A DNA stretch of 64,000 nucleotides. Source: Myxococcota bacterium. Lineage in GTDB: Bacteria; Myxococcota; XYA12-FULL-58-9; JABJBS01. Positions within the stretch are counted from its first letter, which is position 1; each line of letters starts with the position of its first letter. Below the pieces are notes generated by a model, which saw only the letters and a list, made by a program, of their open reading frames with translations, did no database searches and was not told the DNA's origin. The stretch covers positions 32,001 to 96,000 of the forward strand of contig JAYZAY010000085.1 in the NCBI GenBank assembly GCA_036339465.1, written 5' to 3'. This document shows positions 29,769 to 38,265 of this stretch, one piece after another. Position numbers and translations under genes: made by a program.

Positions 29769-30779
29769 ATGGTCGATTCAGATTCGGGTATTTTGGCTTT
29801 AGCTCTGGCATTGGTTCGAAGCACGGACCGCAGAGAGGTTTTAGATAAAGCGATGGAGGCGTTGGCGGAGGTATTCCCCGGCATTTTTTGGACGATACTT
29901 TCACAAGAGGCAACGCAGCCTCAAGCCGAGCTTTGGGTCCAACCGGGATTGGGGAGAGATGCGGTTGCTCCATGGTTGAGTCGTATGCTACCACTAGAAA
30001 TCGACCTCCCTTCGGGCTTACCGGAAAATTCAGCCTGCCCACTCGGAAGGGCCATTTGGTACAGATGTGAGGCAGGACAGAATGAAGTCATTGCCCTAGC
30101 GGGGTGGGTTCTCCCGGGCTGTTGTGCCGTGGGTAAGGTTTTTCTTCGATCGGCAGTGCAGTTGATTCAATCTTCCCTGATTGGGGTTCAACAAATCGAA
30201 ACACTCAAGCGGCAATCAACCGTCGACTCGCTCACCGAGCTGTCGAACCGGCGCGGAATCTATGAGTTATTGAATCGTGAAATTTCCCGAGCTGAGCGAT
30301 ACCGGGAGCCAATTTCCATTATTTTCATCGATCTAAATCGTTTTAAGAAGATCAATGACAGGCACGGGCATCGAGTCGGCGACCGAGTCTTGAAAATGGT
30401 AGCGTCTGTTTTAAAGGATGCTGTGAGGGAATCCGATGTTGTCGGCCGACTTGGTGGTGATGAATTTTTGGTCATTCTACCGCAAAAGAAACTCCTAGAA
30501 GCTGAGAGAGCGGCCCAACGCTTGGCGAACTCAGTAGGGAAAATTTCAATGAATGTTGGTAACGAACATATCCAACCAGATATTTCGGTTGGGGTTGCCG
30601 AGCGATGGAGTGGAGATTCTATTGACACCTGGATCGAACGCGCCGATGCTAGAATGTATCAAAACAAGAAAGGGGCCATAATAGAAGAGATTGTGGCTCC
30701 GTTTGGAAAGTCCCAAGTGGTGATTCAGCGGCTTATGGTTGGGGGCACCAGGAGAGCAGCTTTGACCGCCGTTGCTTAG
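29769..30779 (+). CDS. Diguanylate cyclase (GGDEF)
   Basis: D.LT.L.NRR, DLNRFKKINDRHGH..GD, I-site RESD, intact GGDEF; start uncertain (29586 or 29769). Confidence 0.9.
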   Translation: MVDSDSGILALALALVRSTDRREVLDKAMEALAEVFPGIFWTILSQEATQPQAELWVQPGLGRDAVAPWLSRMLPLEIDLPSGLPENSACPLGRAIWYRCEAGQNEVIALAGWVLPGCCAVGKVFLRSAVQLIQSSLIGVQQIETLKRQSTVDSLTELSNRRGIYELLNREISRAERYREPISIIFIDLNRFKKINDRHGHRVGDRVLKMVASVLKDAVRESDVVGRLGGDEFLVILPQKKLLEAERAAQRLANSVGKISMNVGNEHIQPDISVGVAERWSGDSIDTWIERADARMYQNKKGAIIEEIVAPFGKSQVVIQRLMVGGTRRAALTAVA

Positions 30780-30934
30780 GGGGATTCGGGGGGCGGGACC
30801 CTTGGGGGAGGATTACCCCCTAAAAGTCGATAAACAAAATCGCCTATTGTATTGAGGCGTTTGGCCGTTAGAATCATGAGGCATATACTGCCGGTTACGA
30901 AAAGATCGATGAAGCTTAGAGAGTTCATGGTGGC

Positions 30935-31861
30935 CTAGATGTCGAAACCAATTTTAAGAGAATGGCTCTGTAGGAGTGAGTCTATATTTGGCACGGCCCC
31001 AAGGGTTAACTCGTAGGCTACCTGGAGAAAAGCGTATTTGGCCTTCATGCCGATGAAGAAACGCTTGCTTTGGTTGTTGTACCACTGAATTCGGTCGAAT
31101 ACGTAGAGGGAGCCGTTTGTTTGTCCATTTTGGTCGATGCTTTGGTCTTTAACTTCGTAGGGCGTTTCGTCGATTACTTGGGAAATTGCGTCGACGTAGA
31201 GAAGGCCGAAGCCTAAGTAAGGAACCAGTTCAAATACTCCAGAAATTCCGATGGGTAGGGAGGTTATCGTGTCAATTTCCGCAGTTGTGATTTTCACGTC
31301 GTTCGCATTGAAGAGGCTTCCAATCGAGGCACGCAGGGCGAACGATGGAACCCATCGATAATAAGATTCATGGATGGCAATTTTGAAGTCGGTTCCTAAA
31401 AAGAACATTTCACTAAACGCAAGATAAGAGCCGGTTAGGCCCAGTTCTGACGAAAAAGGTAGTCCCTTACGTATTTGCATTGTTGGGATCCAAAGTCCGC
31501 TGGGCACGCCTTCACCACTTGCGACCCCTCTAAACACAGGGGAGCCCGCTTGGCCTTGCCAATACGCGGCATCTTGATGAATATCCGCGAATGTATTGAC
31601 GAAAGCGAATTCAAACCCACTTGCTCCGATGGTTTCAGCTGGGCCCAATAGTCGAGGAGCTGCGGCCATCGCAAGTTCGTTGATGAGTGAACGATATCTT
31701 AGAAAGGCGGGGTCATTGGTTTTGTTTGGCGCGGGGCGACCAAGCCCTCGGAGGGTAAGATCGTAACTTGCGGCGCCAGCGCTTTCGCTTCCGAACAATA
31801 AGAAGGTACAACCCAGCACTCTTAATATCTTTGATAAAGTCGATGGAATTTTCTTTTGCAT
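30935..31861 (-). CDS. Hypothetical exported, probable outer-membrane beta-barrel protein
   Basis: Signal peptide, alternating beta strands (RKGLPFS.ELG, PYLGFG), C-terminal LKIGFDI. Confidence 0.55.
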   Translation of the reverse strand: MQKKIPSTLSKILRVLGCTFLLFGSESAGAASYDLTLRGLGRPAPNKTNDPAFLRYRSLINELAMAAAPRLLGPAETIGASGFEFAFVNTFADIHQDAAYWQGQAGSPVFRGVASGEGVPSGLWIPTMQIRKGLPFSSELGLTGSYLAFSEMFFLGTDFKIAIHESYYRWVPSFALRASIGSLFNANDVKITTAEIDTITSLPIGISGVFELVPYLGFGLLYVDAISQVIDETPYEVKDQSIDQNGQTNGSLYVFDRIQWYNNQSKRFFIGMKAKYAFLQVAYELTLGAVPNIDSLLQSHSLKIGFDI

Positions 31862-31892
31862 TTCAAATCCTCGTGGGGGGGGGAATATTCAC

Positions 31893-33008
31893 TTACCGTC
31901 CCGGGCTGTCAACTCTAGAACACAGTTCTGTGAATAAGATTTCTTGTAGGCTGACGAGGTTGGTTAGTTCATCGTCACTCGGGGCGAGGTCGGGGAGAGC
32001 AATGAGTGGGATATCTCCGGCCAATGTTCTTATTTGCTGAAGTAAGGCTTGGTCATGCTCGATGAGCAAAAGTTCATGGTGGATAATGTCCCGTAATTCA
32101 GCTGAATACTCCCTGCCAATTTGTTCCAGTGTGTTGTGAGGGATGGAAACTTGAAGTGGTTCACGGACTCGATTGATGATTGTTGCCTTAAGGGGAAAGC
32201 CTCGCTCAAATAGATTTTGGACGAAATTTTGACGCGCTTTGCCTTGCTCATTACGGCTGGAACTAACCAAAACAAAGGCGGTCTTTTCGGACTTTAGAAG
32301 TTTTTCTGTGGCTTGGTGGTGCTCAGAAAACCCGGCGTACAATTCGCTCAGATTTGTAAGAAAAGCCACGAGCTCCCGGATAGTCGCTCCCCCGGCCATT
32401 TTACCGAATGTGTGTTGGATTAAGGTTGAGCCGATATCCAAAAGTTTCATTGACCAGAGCGACGGTGATTTGAAAATCCACTTGGCCGCACTTTGGTCAA
32501 TAAATTGTACCATTCTAGCGGGAGCATCGAGAAAACTTAATGCATTTTGAGATGGTGGTGTATCAACAACGATAAAATCATAATTTCCAGAGAGATAGAG
32601 CTTATAGAGTTTTTCCACTGCGGCATATTCCAGTGCGCCCGCGAGGTTTTTTGAAAATTCTTGGTAGAGCCGATTTTCAAAAATTGCTTTTCGGGTATCT
32701 GCGTTTTCCGAGTGGGAAGTGATTAGCTCGTCGAAAGTATGCTTTACGTCTAAGAGCATGACTGAGAGTTGCCGCCTCCCAGCGATACCGCGTTTGGCCA
32801 GCTCCTCTCGTGGAACCTCTACAATCTGGGAGGAAAGCTCTTTGAGCCCGAGGGCATGGGCCAGCCGTTTGGCTGGATCGACAGTAATTGCAAGGGTTCT
32901 CGCTCCGTGTCTAGTTGCGGCGAGCGCGAGCGCGGCAGAAACGGTGGTTTTTCCTACGCCACCGGTGCCGACACATATGGCAATCTTATGATTTTCCCAC
33001 AGACTCAT
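31893..33008 (-). CDS. ArsA/Get3-family ATPase (subunit B-like)
   Basis: GTGGVGKTT, TVDPAKRLA, VDTPP, INR. Confidence 0.88.
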   Translation of the reverse strand: MSLWENHKIAICVGTGGVGKTTVSAALALAATRHGARTLAITVDPAKRLAHALGLKELSSQIVEVPREELAKRGIAGRRQLSVMLLDVKHTFDELITSHSENADTRKAIFENRLYQEFSKNLAGALEYAAVEKLYKLYLSGNYDFIVVDTPPSQNALSFLDAPARMVQFIDQSAAKWIFKSPSLWSMKLLDIGSTLIQHTFGKMAGGATIRELVAFLTNLSELYAGFSEHHQATEKLLKSEKTAFVLVSSSRNEQGKARQNFVQNLFERGFPLKATIINRVREPLQVSIPHNTLEQIGREYSAELRDIIHHELLLIEHDQALLQQIRTLAGDIPLIALPDLAPSDDELTNLVSLQEILFTELCSRVDSPGR

Positions 33009-33919
33009 CGATTTAGTCGCTCCAAATGTGGACCAAGTTCTTTCGAGAGGCTGAGCAATTCGGACTGTTTAATTTCTGTCGTGGGAAGTTGAGGGATGCG
33101 AAGTGCTTGGTCGAGAATGTCTGCGGGAAGTAATTCTAGAAAATGTTTGCCTGCTTGTTCTCGAGCATTCCGGGGGGCGAGTAATTTGTAGAGTGCTTGC
33201 TTGATCGTATCTTCGGCTTGTTTCCAGTTCTCGACTTGCTGAATATTGAAGGGGGCTAGGTCTTGATTGATGATCGTTGTTCCGACTCTAATTTTTAGTG
33301 TGTTTCGAAATTGTTCTTGAAGCTCGATGAGTTCTACGATTGGCATTTCTTCCGGAATCGTTACGATATTTATAAGTGTGCGTGTGGGATCTTGTAGTAA
33401 AGCCCTAATGGATTTGGCGTGTTCCTTCATGGGGCCTGGTGGCATGACCGATTCTAAGGCCATTGGAGTTCGGAGCATTGAAATCGCATGACCGGTTGAG
33501 GGAGCATCAATAATGATCCGGTCGAATTTTGGCTCGGCGTTTTCTTTTTCGGATTCATGATGCCAGATTTTTCCTAACATTACCATTTCGGTTAAGGATG
33601 GTATGAAACGAATAAGTGGCTTGACGAACCTATTTTCAAAGACGGTTCGGTAAATTGTTTCAAACCGCATTGTTAGAAGAGCGTATTCTTTAATGCTGTC
33701 TTCAAGGTTCATATCGACAACATACAGATTTTCGAGAAGCTCGCGCATATGGCCACCAACGGGTTGACTTTCAAGCATGCAACTCACTCGGTCTCCGGCG
33801 TGAATCTCTGCGAGTAGGGTGGTGCGCCCCTTCTGCGCCTCGGCCATTGCGATCGCTGTAGCCACAGTGGATTTTCCAACGCCACCCTTACCGGTAATAA
33901 TTCGAAGCCTTGGTGCCAT
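33005..33919 (-). CDS. ArsA/Get3-family ATPase (subunit A-like)
   Basis: GKGGVGKST, DAPSTGH, VTIPEEMP..E; ATGA overlap with the paralogue. Confidence 0.85.
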   Translation of the reverse strand: MAPRLRIITGKGGVGKSTVATAIAMAEAQKGRTTLLAEIHAGDRVSCMLESQPVGGHMRELLENLYVVDMNLEDSIKEYALLTMRFETIYRTVFENRFVKPLIRFIPSLTEMVMLGKIWHHESEKENAEPKFDRIIIDAPSTGHAISMLRTPMALESVMPPGPMKEHAKSIRALLQDPTRTLINIVTIPEEMPIVELIELQEQFRNTLKIRVGTTIINQDLAPFNIQQVENWKQAEDTIKQALYKLLAPRNAREQAGKHFLELLPADILDQALRIPQLPTTEIKQSELLSLSKELGPHLERLNR

Positions 33920-34070
33920 TACGATAAAGAAAACCTCCTATGAATCGGGCACATACCGGCGGCCAGGTTGAATGGCAAGGGATTCTAGTTCTTCTCATGG
34001 GGTGGGGCGATAAGAACCAACGACAGATTTTTTCTTTGACCATATCTGTTGGTGTGGGTATGTTTTCCGC

Positions 34071-34328
34071 ATGCGTTCTGACTCTTTACTGGATATTATG
34101 AGAGACCTAGTTACCACTAAAGCTAAGACTGTAAGTAAGCAGGATTTGGCGGCGCTGGAGCAAAGAGTTGAGCGGTTGGATGAGCTTTTGATGAAGCTTG
34201 AAGAGAGCGTGAAAGGGTTCTCTGATGAAGATTTAGAGCCAAATACGCTGAACGAGTCAGTCCTGAATGAGTCAGTCCTGAAAGACCTGAAATCTGAACA
34301 AGTCAGTCCTGAAAGACCTGAAATCTGA
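34071..34328 (+). CDS. Small coiled-coil protein (phasin-like C-terminal motif); 3' end runs into the tandem array
   Basis: SKQDLAALEQRVERLDELL heptads; TTGACC promoter-like element upstream. Confidence 0.5.
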   Translation: MRSDSLLDIMRDLVTTKAKTVSKQDLAALEQRVERLDELLMKLEESVKGFSDEDLEPNTLNESVLNESVLKDLKSEQVSPERPEI

Positions 34329-34524
34329 ACAAGTCAGTCCTGAAAGACCAGAAATCTGAACGAGTCAGTCCTGAAAGACCAGAAATCTGAACGAGTCAGT
34401 CCTGAAAGACCAGAAATCTGAACAAGTCAGTCCTGAATGAGTCAGTCCTGAAAGACCAGAAATCTGAACAAGTCAGTCCTGAATGAGTCAGTCCTGAAAG
34501 ACCAGAAATCTGAACGAGTCAGTC
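34248..34524. repeat. Compound tandem repeat: 11 x 15-bp unit CTGAAYRAGTCAGTC and 7 x 16-bp unit CTGAAAGACCWGAAAT
   Basis: Parsed by hand as A A' B A B A B A B A B A A' B A A' B A = 277 bp. Confidence 0.97.
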
Positions 34525-34536
34525 CTCAGTAACGCC

Positions 34537-35193
34537 CTAGAGACGTCGAAAGACCCCCACGACTTCGCCGATGATTTGAACTTGCCGAAAATCTGACTGG
34601 TGTATAAAGATTGGTGACATGGCGGCATTGGCCGGCTGTAGACGGATACGCTCCCCTTCGGGGTAAAACCGTTTCACTGTTGCTTCATTTTCTATCATAA
34701 CAACGACAATATCTCCGGCACTGGCGTGAGAGCGTTTTTTTACGAAAATAAAGTCGTTGTTGAAAATTCCATCTTCAATCATTGAATCACCGACCACTTT
34801 GAGAGCGAATACCTTCTTAGAGGTTCCGAGGAGCACGCTGTCGACAACGAGATTTCCCTCGGCATACTCTTCCGCAAGAATCGGTTCCCCTGCGGCAACT
34901 CTCCCCAAGATGGGGACGCTAACGAAATTGTCGGTAGCCCCAAGTGCCATTGTGACAACGTTGCTGTTGTCTGTTTGAGTTGGAATCAGGGTTCGGGATT
35001 TTGCGCCGTCTTGTCGTAGATACCCCTTCTTTTTAAGCGCCTTTAAATGGTCAGCTACGCCGTTGGTCGATTTAATTCCTAGGTGTTTTCCTATTTCCCG
35101 GATGGTAGGGGGGTAACCCCACTCTTGGATTTTTTCCTGGATAAAGCGAAAGACTTCTTGTTGCCTGGGTGTTAATTCAGGTAGTTGCCCCAT
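34537..35193 (-). CDS. lexA: SOS repressor LexA
   Basis: LTPRQ..V, GYPPTIREI, HLKAL.KKGY, GRVAAG cleavage site, GDSM, ATVK; ATG 35193 preferred. Confidence 0.96.
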   Translation of the reverse strand: MGQLPELTPRQQEVFRFIQEKIQEWGYPPTIREIGKHLGIKSTNGVADHLKALKKKGYLRQDGAKSRTLIPTQTDNSNVVTMALGATDNFVSVPILGRVAAGEPILAEEYAEGNLVVDSVLLGTSKKVFALKVVGDSMIEDGIFNNDFIFVKKRSHASAGDIVVVMIENEATVKRFYPEGERIRLQPANAAMSPIFIHQSDFRQVQIIGEVVGVFRRL

Positions 35194-35204
35194 TTTGCGC
35201 GCCC

Positions 35205-35252
35205 CTAAACATTTGTCCATGTGAATAGATGTATAGCTGAACGCATTATCAG
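35205..35252. promoter_or_regulatory. Three abutting putative LexA boxes upstream of lexA
   Basis: CTAAACATTTGTCCAT | GTGAATAGATGTATAG | CTGAACGCATTATCAG; each 16 bp and a 14-15/16 match to CTRHAMRYBYGTTCAG in one orientation. Confidence 0.75.
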
Positions 35253-35272
35253 GAGTCAAATTTATGGTAGAC

Positions 35273-35947
35273 TTAAGAACAAGTTAGATGGTCAGTATAA
35301 CCAGTGCCACGTAGGAAGGCTCGTAGCCTCTTTCGAAGTTTCGCTTCGGCGGTCCGGATTTTCATACGTGAAGACTTAAGTTTTGCAGCAGCCTCTTCTT
35401 GAGAAACATTTTCCACGAATCTTAAGACGAGTAAGCTTCGTTCATCATCGGCGAGTTCCTTCATGAATTCGGCAATTAAAACCTTCAGTTGGCTTTGCTC
35501 TAGAACCGTATCCTGGCTTCTCGTAGCTGAACTATAGAGAACGCCCGAATATGTCTCAGAAACGGCGTTGTCCATGGCGGTAATATGGCTGCGGGTGTCA
35601 TCCCCCGAGATGTAGCTGGAGAAAACGACTTCCCGATTGCGGAAGCCATTGATGACCATATTTCGAGCAATGGCTAATATCCAATTCGAGAATGAATTAA
35701 TCCCGTTGTAGGCATTTCGGGCCCTCACCTCGAATGCTCTTCTAAACGCTTCCTGCACGGCGTTTCGAAGCTCATCGTCACTCGGGATTCCCTTGAAATA
35801 GCATTGGTTGCCCGCACTTCTAAACGTGAAACCAGATCTGAGGAACCGCGTAACGCCGGGACTGTAGTGTCGATACACAGTGTCCATCGCATCTGTTTCT
35901 CCCGCCTGGAACCGCGCGAGTAAATCTTTATCTTTTGCTAAGAACAT
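35273..35947 (-). CDS. ECF-type sigma-70 factor
   Basis: Region 2 (VQEAF.RAF...FSNWILAIARN) and region 4 (L..DERSLLVLRF....SQEEAA..L). Confidence 0.85.
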   Translation of the reverse strand: MFLAKDKDLLARFQAGETDAMDTVYRHYSPGVTRFLRSGFTFRSAGNQCYFKGIPSDDELRNAVQEAFRRAFEVRARNAYNGINSFSNWILAIARNMVINGFRNREVVFSSYISGDDTRSHITAMDNAVSETYSGVLYSSATRSQDTVLEQSQLKVLIAEFMKELADDERSLLVLRFVENVSQEEAAAKLKSSRMKIRTAEAKLRKRLRAFLRGTGYTDHLTCS

Positions 35948-36381
35948 GGCTCGAAATCATTGTCATGGGTGAGTGCTGATAAGTTGGGATAGCATTGATT
36001 CTTGTTGGCGGCAAACTTCGAACCAGCTTAATTCACTATTGGAGGAGATGTCGGCTCATTTTGGTAGTCCGATTGCTTTGGCAAAGGGGATAGCGAAGTT
36101 GGTAGGTTGAAATTTCCGTTTGTCCATCGGAGCAATACCCCCCAACACCCTTCTTTTGCGACTCTAAATTATGCGGCGTTTGAGGCGTTGGTAGGAGGAC
36201 GTGGTTAGAAAGAGTCAGATGCTCGAAATAACAAGAAGTACATAAGAGCGCATGACTAGAATATGTGTTTTTTTAGAGGGCAAGAGCAAGTTTGACGGGT
36301 TTTCTACCTACAACCCGACGAATATGCTTGCCTTTCACCGGGCTTTTCCGAGATAAACTCGGCTCGGGGAATGAAGAGAAT

Positions 36382-37068
36382 ATGGAGAAAATAAGAGTCG
36401 CCATTGCGGATGACCATGCAATCTTAAGGGCAGGTATTAAGAGCCTCTTGCATGCACAAGACGATATGGAATTGGTCGGTGAGGCTACCGACGGGTTGGA
36501 GGTTGTCAAAATTGCTGGAGATACCCAGCCAGATGTCGTTGTTTTGGACCTCACAATGCCTCGGTGCACGGGTATGGAAGCGATAATTGAAGTACGTACG
36601 GTTTCACCGAATTCTCGAATTCTGGTTCTAACGATGCACGATGATCATGCTTATCTGCGTTCGGTGTTGGCTAAAGGCGGTGCGGGTTATTTGGTTAAGC
36701 GTGCGGCGGATACAGAGCTTTTGGCAGCGATTCGGGCGATTTTTCAGGGCCGTTCCTATATTGATGTGGGCTTGGACAACAATCAGTTAAAATCTGTTTT
36801 TGATGAGAATCAAGAGCAACCGCGCTCTCCTGCGATTAGATCCTTTGAAGCGTTGAGTGACCGAGAAAGACAGGTTCTGGAATTGGTTGCCCTTGGTTAT
36901 ACGCACAAAGAGGTGGGGGAAACCTTATCGGTGAGCGTAAAAACGGTGGAAACCTATCGGTCTCGTTTGTCGGAGAAATTGGGCTTACGTAGTCGGGCGG
37001 AATTGGTCCGTTTTGCATTGGAGCTCGGACTTTTAGACAGTACCAAGCTAAGTCCCATCGGGAAATAA
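36382..37068 (+). CDS. NarL/LuxR-family response regulator (no adjacent kinase)
   Basis: IADDHAILR.G, PDVVVLDLTMP, LTMH, GYLVK, LSDRE.QVL...SVKTVETYRSR. Confidence 0.93.
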   Translation: MEKIRVAIADDHAILRAGIKSLLHAQDDMELVGEATDGLEVVKIAGDTQPDVVVLDLTMPRCTGMEAIIEVRTVSPNSRILVLTMHDDHAYLRSVLAKGGAGYLVKRAADTELLAAIRAIFQGRSYIDVGLDNNQLKSVFDENQEQPRSPAIRSFEALSDRERQVLELVALGYTHKEVGETLSVSVKTVETYRSRLSEKLGLRSRAELVRFALELGLLDSTKLSPIGK

Positions 37069-37384
37069 CCTGGTCCATTGTGGTGGTTTTCCTAAGTCAT
37101 TTGAAGTCTTTTTCAGCAGTTTCCCTGATACCCAAACTTGCTTTGTTTGGTTATCGTCCATGTATTCGGTGCCCAAGGGGGAGCGATTTGCTTCGTGGGT
37201 TGATTGGTGCGCTGGATAGCCTGACTAAGACGTTTGTTCTCTGGGGAGGGAACAAACAGGCAATAGAGCTAATCCTCTAGGTTTCTTCAGTCGGGCTACG
37301 GGCAAGCAGGAGGCTTGGGGGAGCCTCTCTGCGCTGCTTGTCGTCAGTCTTGCGCTCTCGCCCGAGCATTCCTATACAGCACCC

Positions 37385-38023
37385 ATGAAAGAATTATGTG
37401 ATCGTGAATCAGGATGGCTTCGTGTGTGTAATGTTGCCGTGGCGGTAGCTCAAGGTGAACTTGGAATTCTTAAGAAAACTCTTGAGGAGTCTCCAATGGA
37501 GGAAGCAGAAACACTCCAGGAAATTATTCTCCAGTGCCACCTCTTTTGCGGGTACCCACGGTCAATCAATGGAATGAAAATTTTTGGCGAGGTATTTTCG
37601 GTTTCGGGTCTCGGCGAGTCCTCTCCAAGTCAGTGGCGTGAAGAGGGCGAAGCTCTATGCGAGGAAATCTATGGACGAGCCTATGAGAAACTCCTCCAGA
37701 AAATAGAGGATCTCCATCCAGCCCTCAAGAATTGGATGTTGGAGACAGGATATGGGCGGGTTTTATCGAGAAAAGGGGCCTCTATACAGGAAAGGGAGTT
37801 GGGGGTTGTGGCGGTGCTTATTGGCCAAAGGGTAGGACCACAACTTAGTAGCCATTTAAGAGGGGCGCTACGGGTTGGGATTCCAGAGGACTTTTTGGCG
37901 AGCCTATTGGCGGGCTCGAAGGGTTGGTGGGGCGAAACGTGCCAAAGAGAAGCGCTTGAAACATGGGAGAGGGTCCTGAATGCTTGGCGGCAAGCCGATA
38001 CTGCGATCAATACTTCTTGTTGA
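37385..38023 (+). CDS. Carboxymuconolactone decarboxylase / AhpD-like family protein
   Basis: LFCGYPRSING, GYGRVLSR.G....REL..VA.L, QL.SHLRGAL..G. Confidence 0.75.
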   Translation: MKELCDRESGWLRVCNVAVAVAQGELGILKKTLEESPMEEAETLQEIILQCHLFCGYPRSINGMKIFGEVFSVSGLGESSPSQWREEGEALCEEIYGRAYEKLLQKIEDLHPALKNWMLETGYGRVLSRKGASIQERELGVVAVLIGQRVGPQLSSHLRGALRVGIPEDFLASLLAGSKGWWGETCQREALETWERVLNAWRQADTAINTSC

Positions 38024-38198
38024 AGTGCACTCTGAGACACTTTGTTGCGACTCCACCGGCTTGTACACGAATCCTTACTGCTTTTAGACATTTCGGGCAT
38101 TTAGCGACATAATGGGTGTCGTCATCCCGTCGGTATACCCGAGTATAGACGCTGCAGCATTCGAATTGAATACCGAGCCATTTACGTTCCTTGCCCAT
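38007..38198 (-). CDS. Small Cys-rich putative Zn-binding protein
   Basis: LGIQFECC.VY.R.Y...Y..KCPKC; downstream of typA. Confidence 0.7.
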   Translation of the reverse strand: MGKERKWLGIQFECCSVYTRVYRRDDDTHYVAKCPKCLKAVRIRVQAGGVATKCLRVHFNKKY

Positions 38199-38265
38199 GA
38201 TCTTACGGAAATAGTAGCAGTTTTAGGTGATGGGTGGGAGTCGTTGTTAGAGCTGAACCTAATGC

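Noticed and set aside
34248..34524. CRISPR array
   Set aside because: No unique spacers (only two recurring units) and no cas genes in the window
35194..35259. N-terminal extension of LexA given in the ORF track
   Set aside because: The region consists of the SOS boxes and promoter; homology begins near ATG 35193
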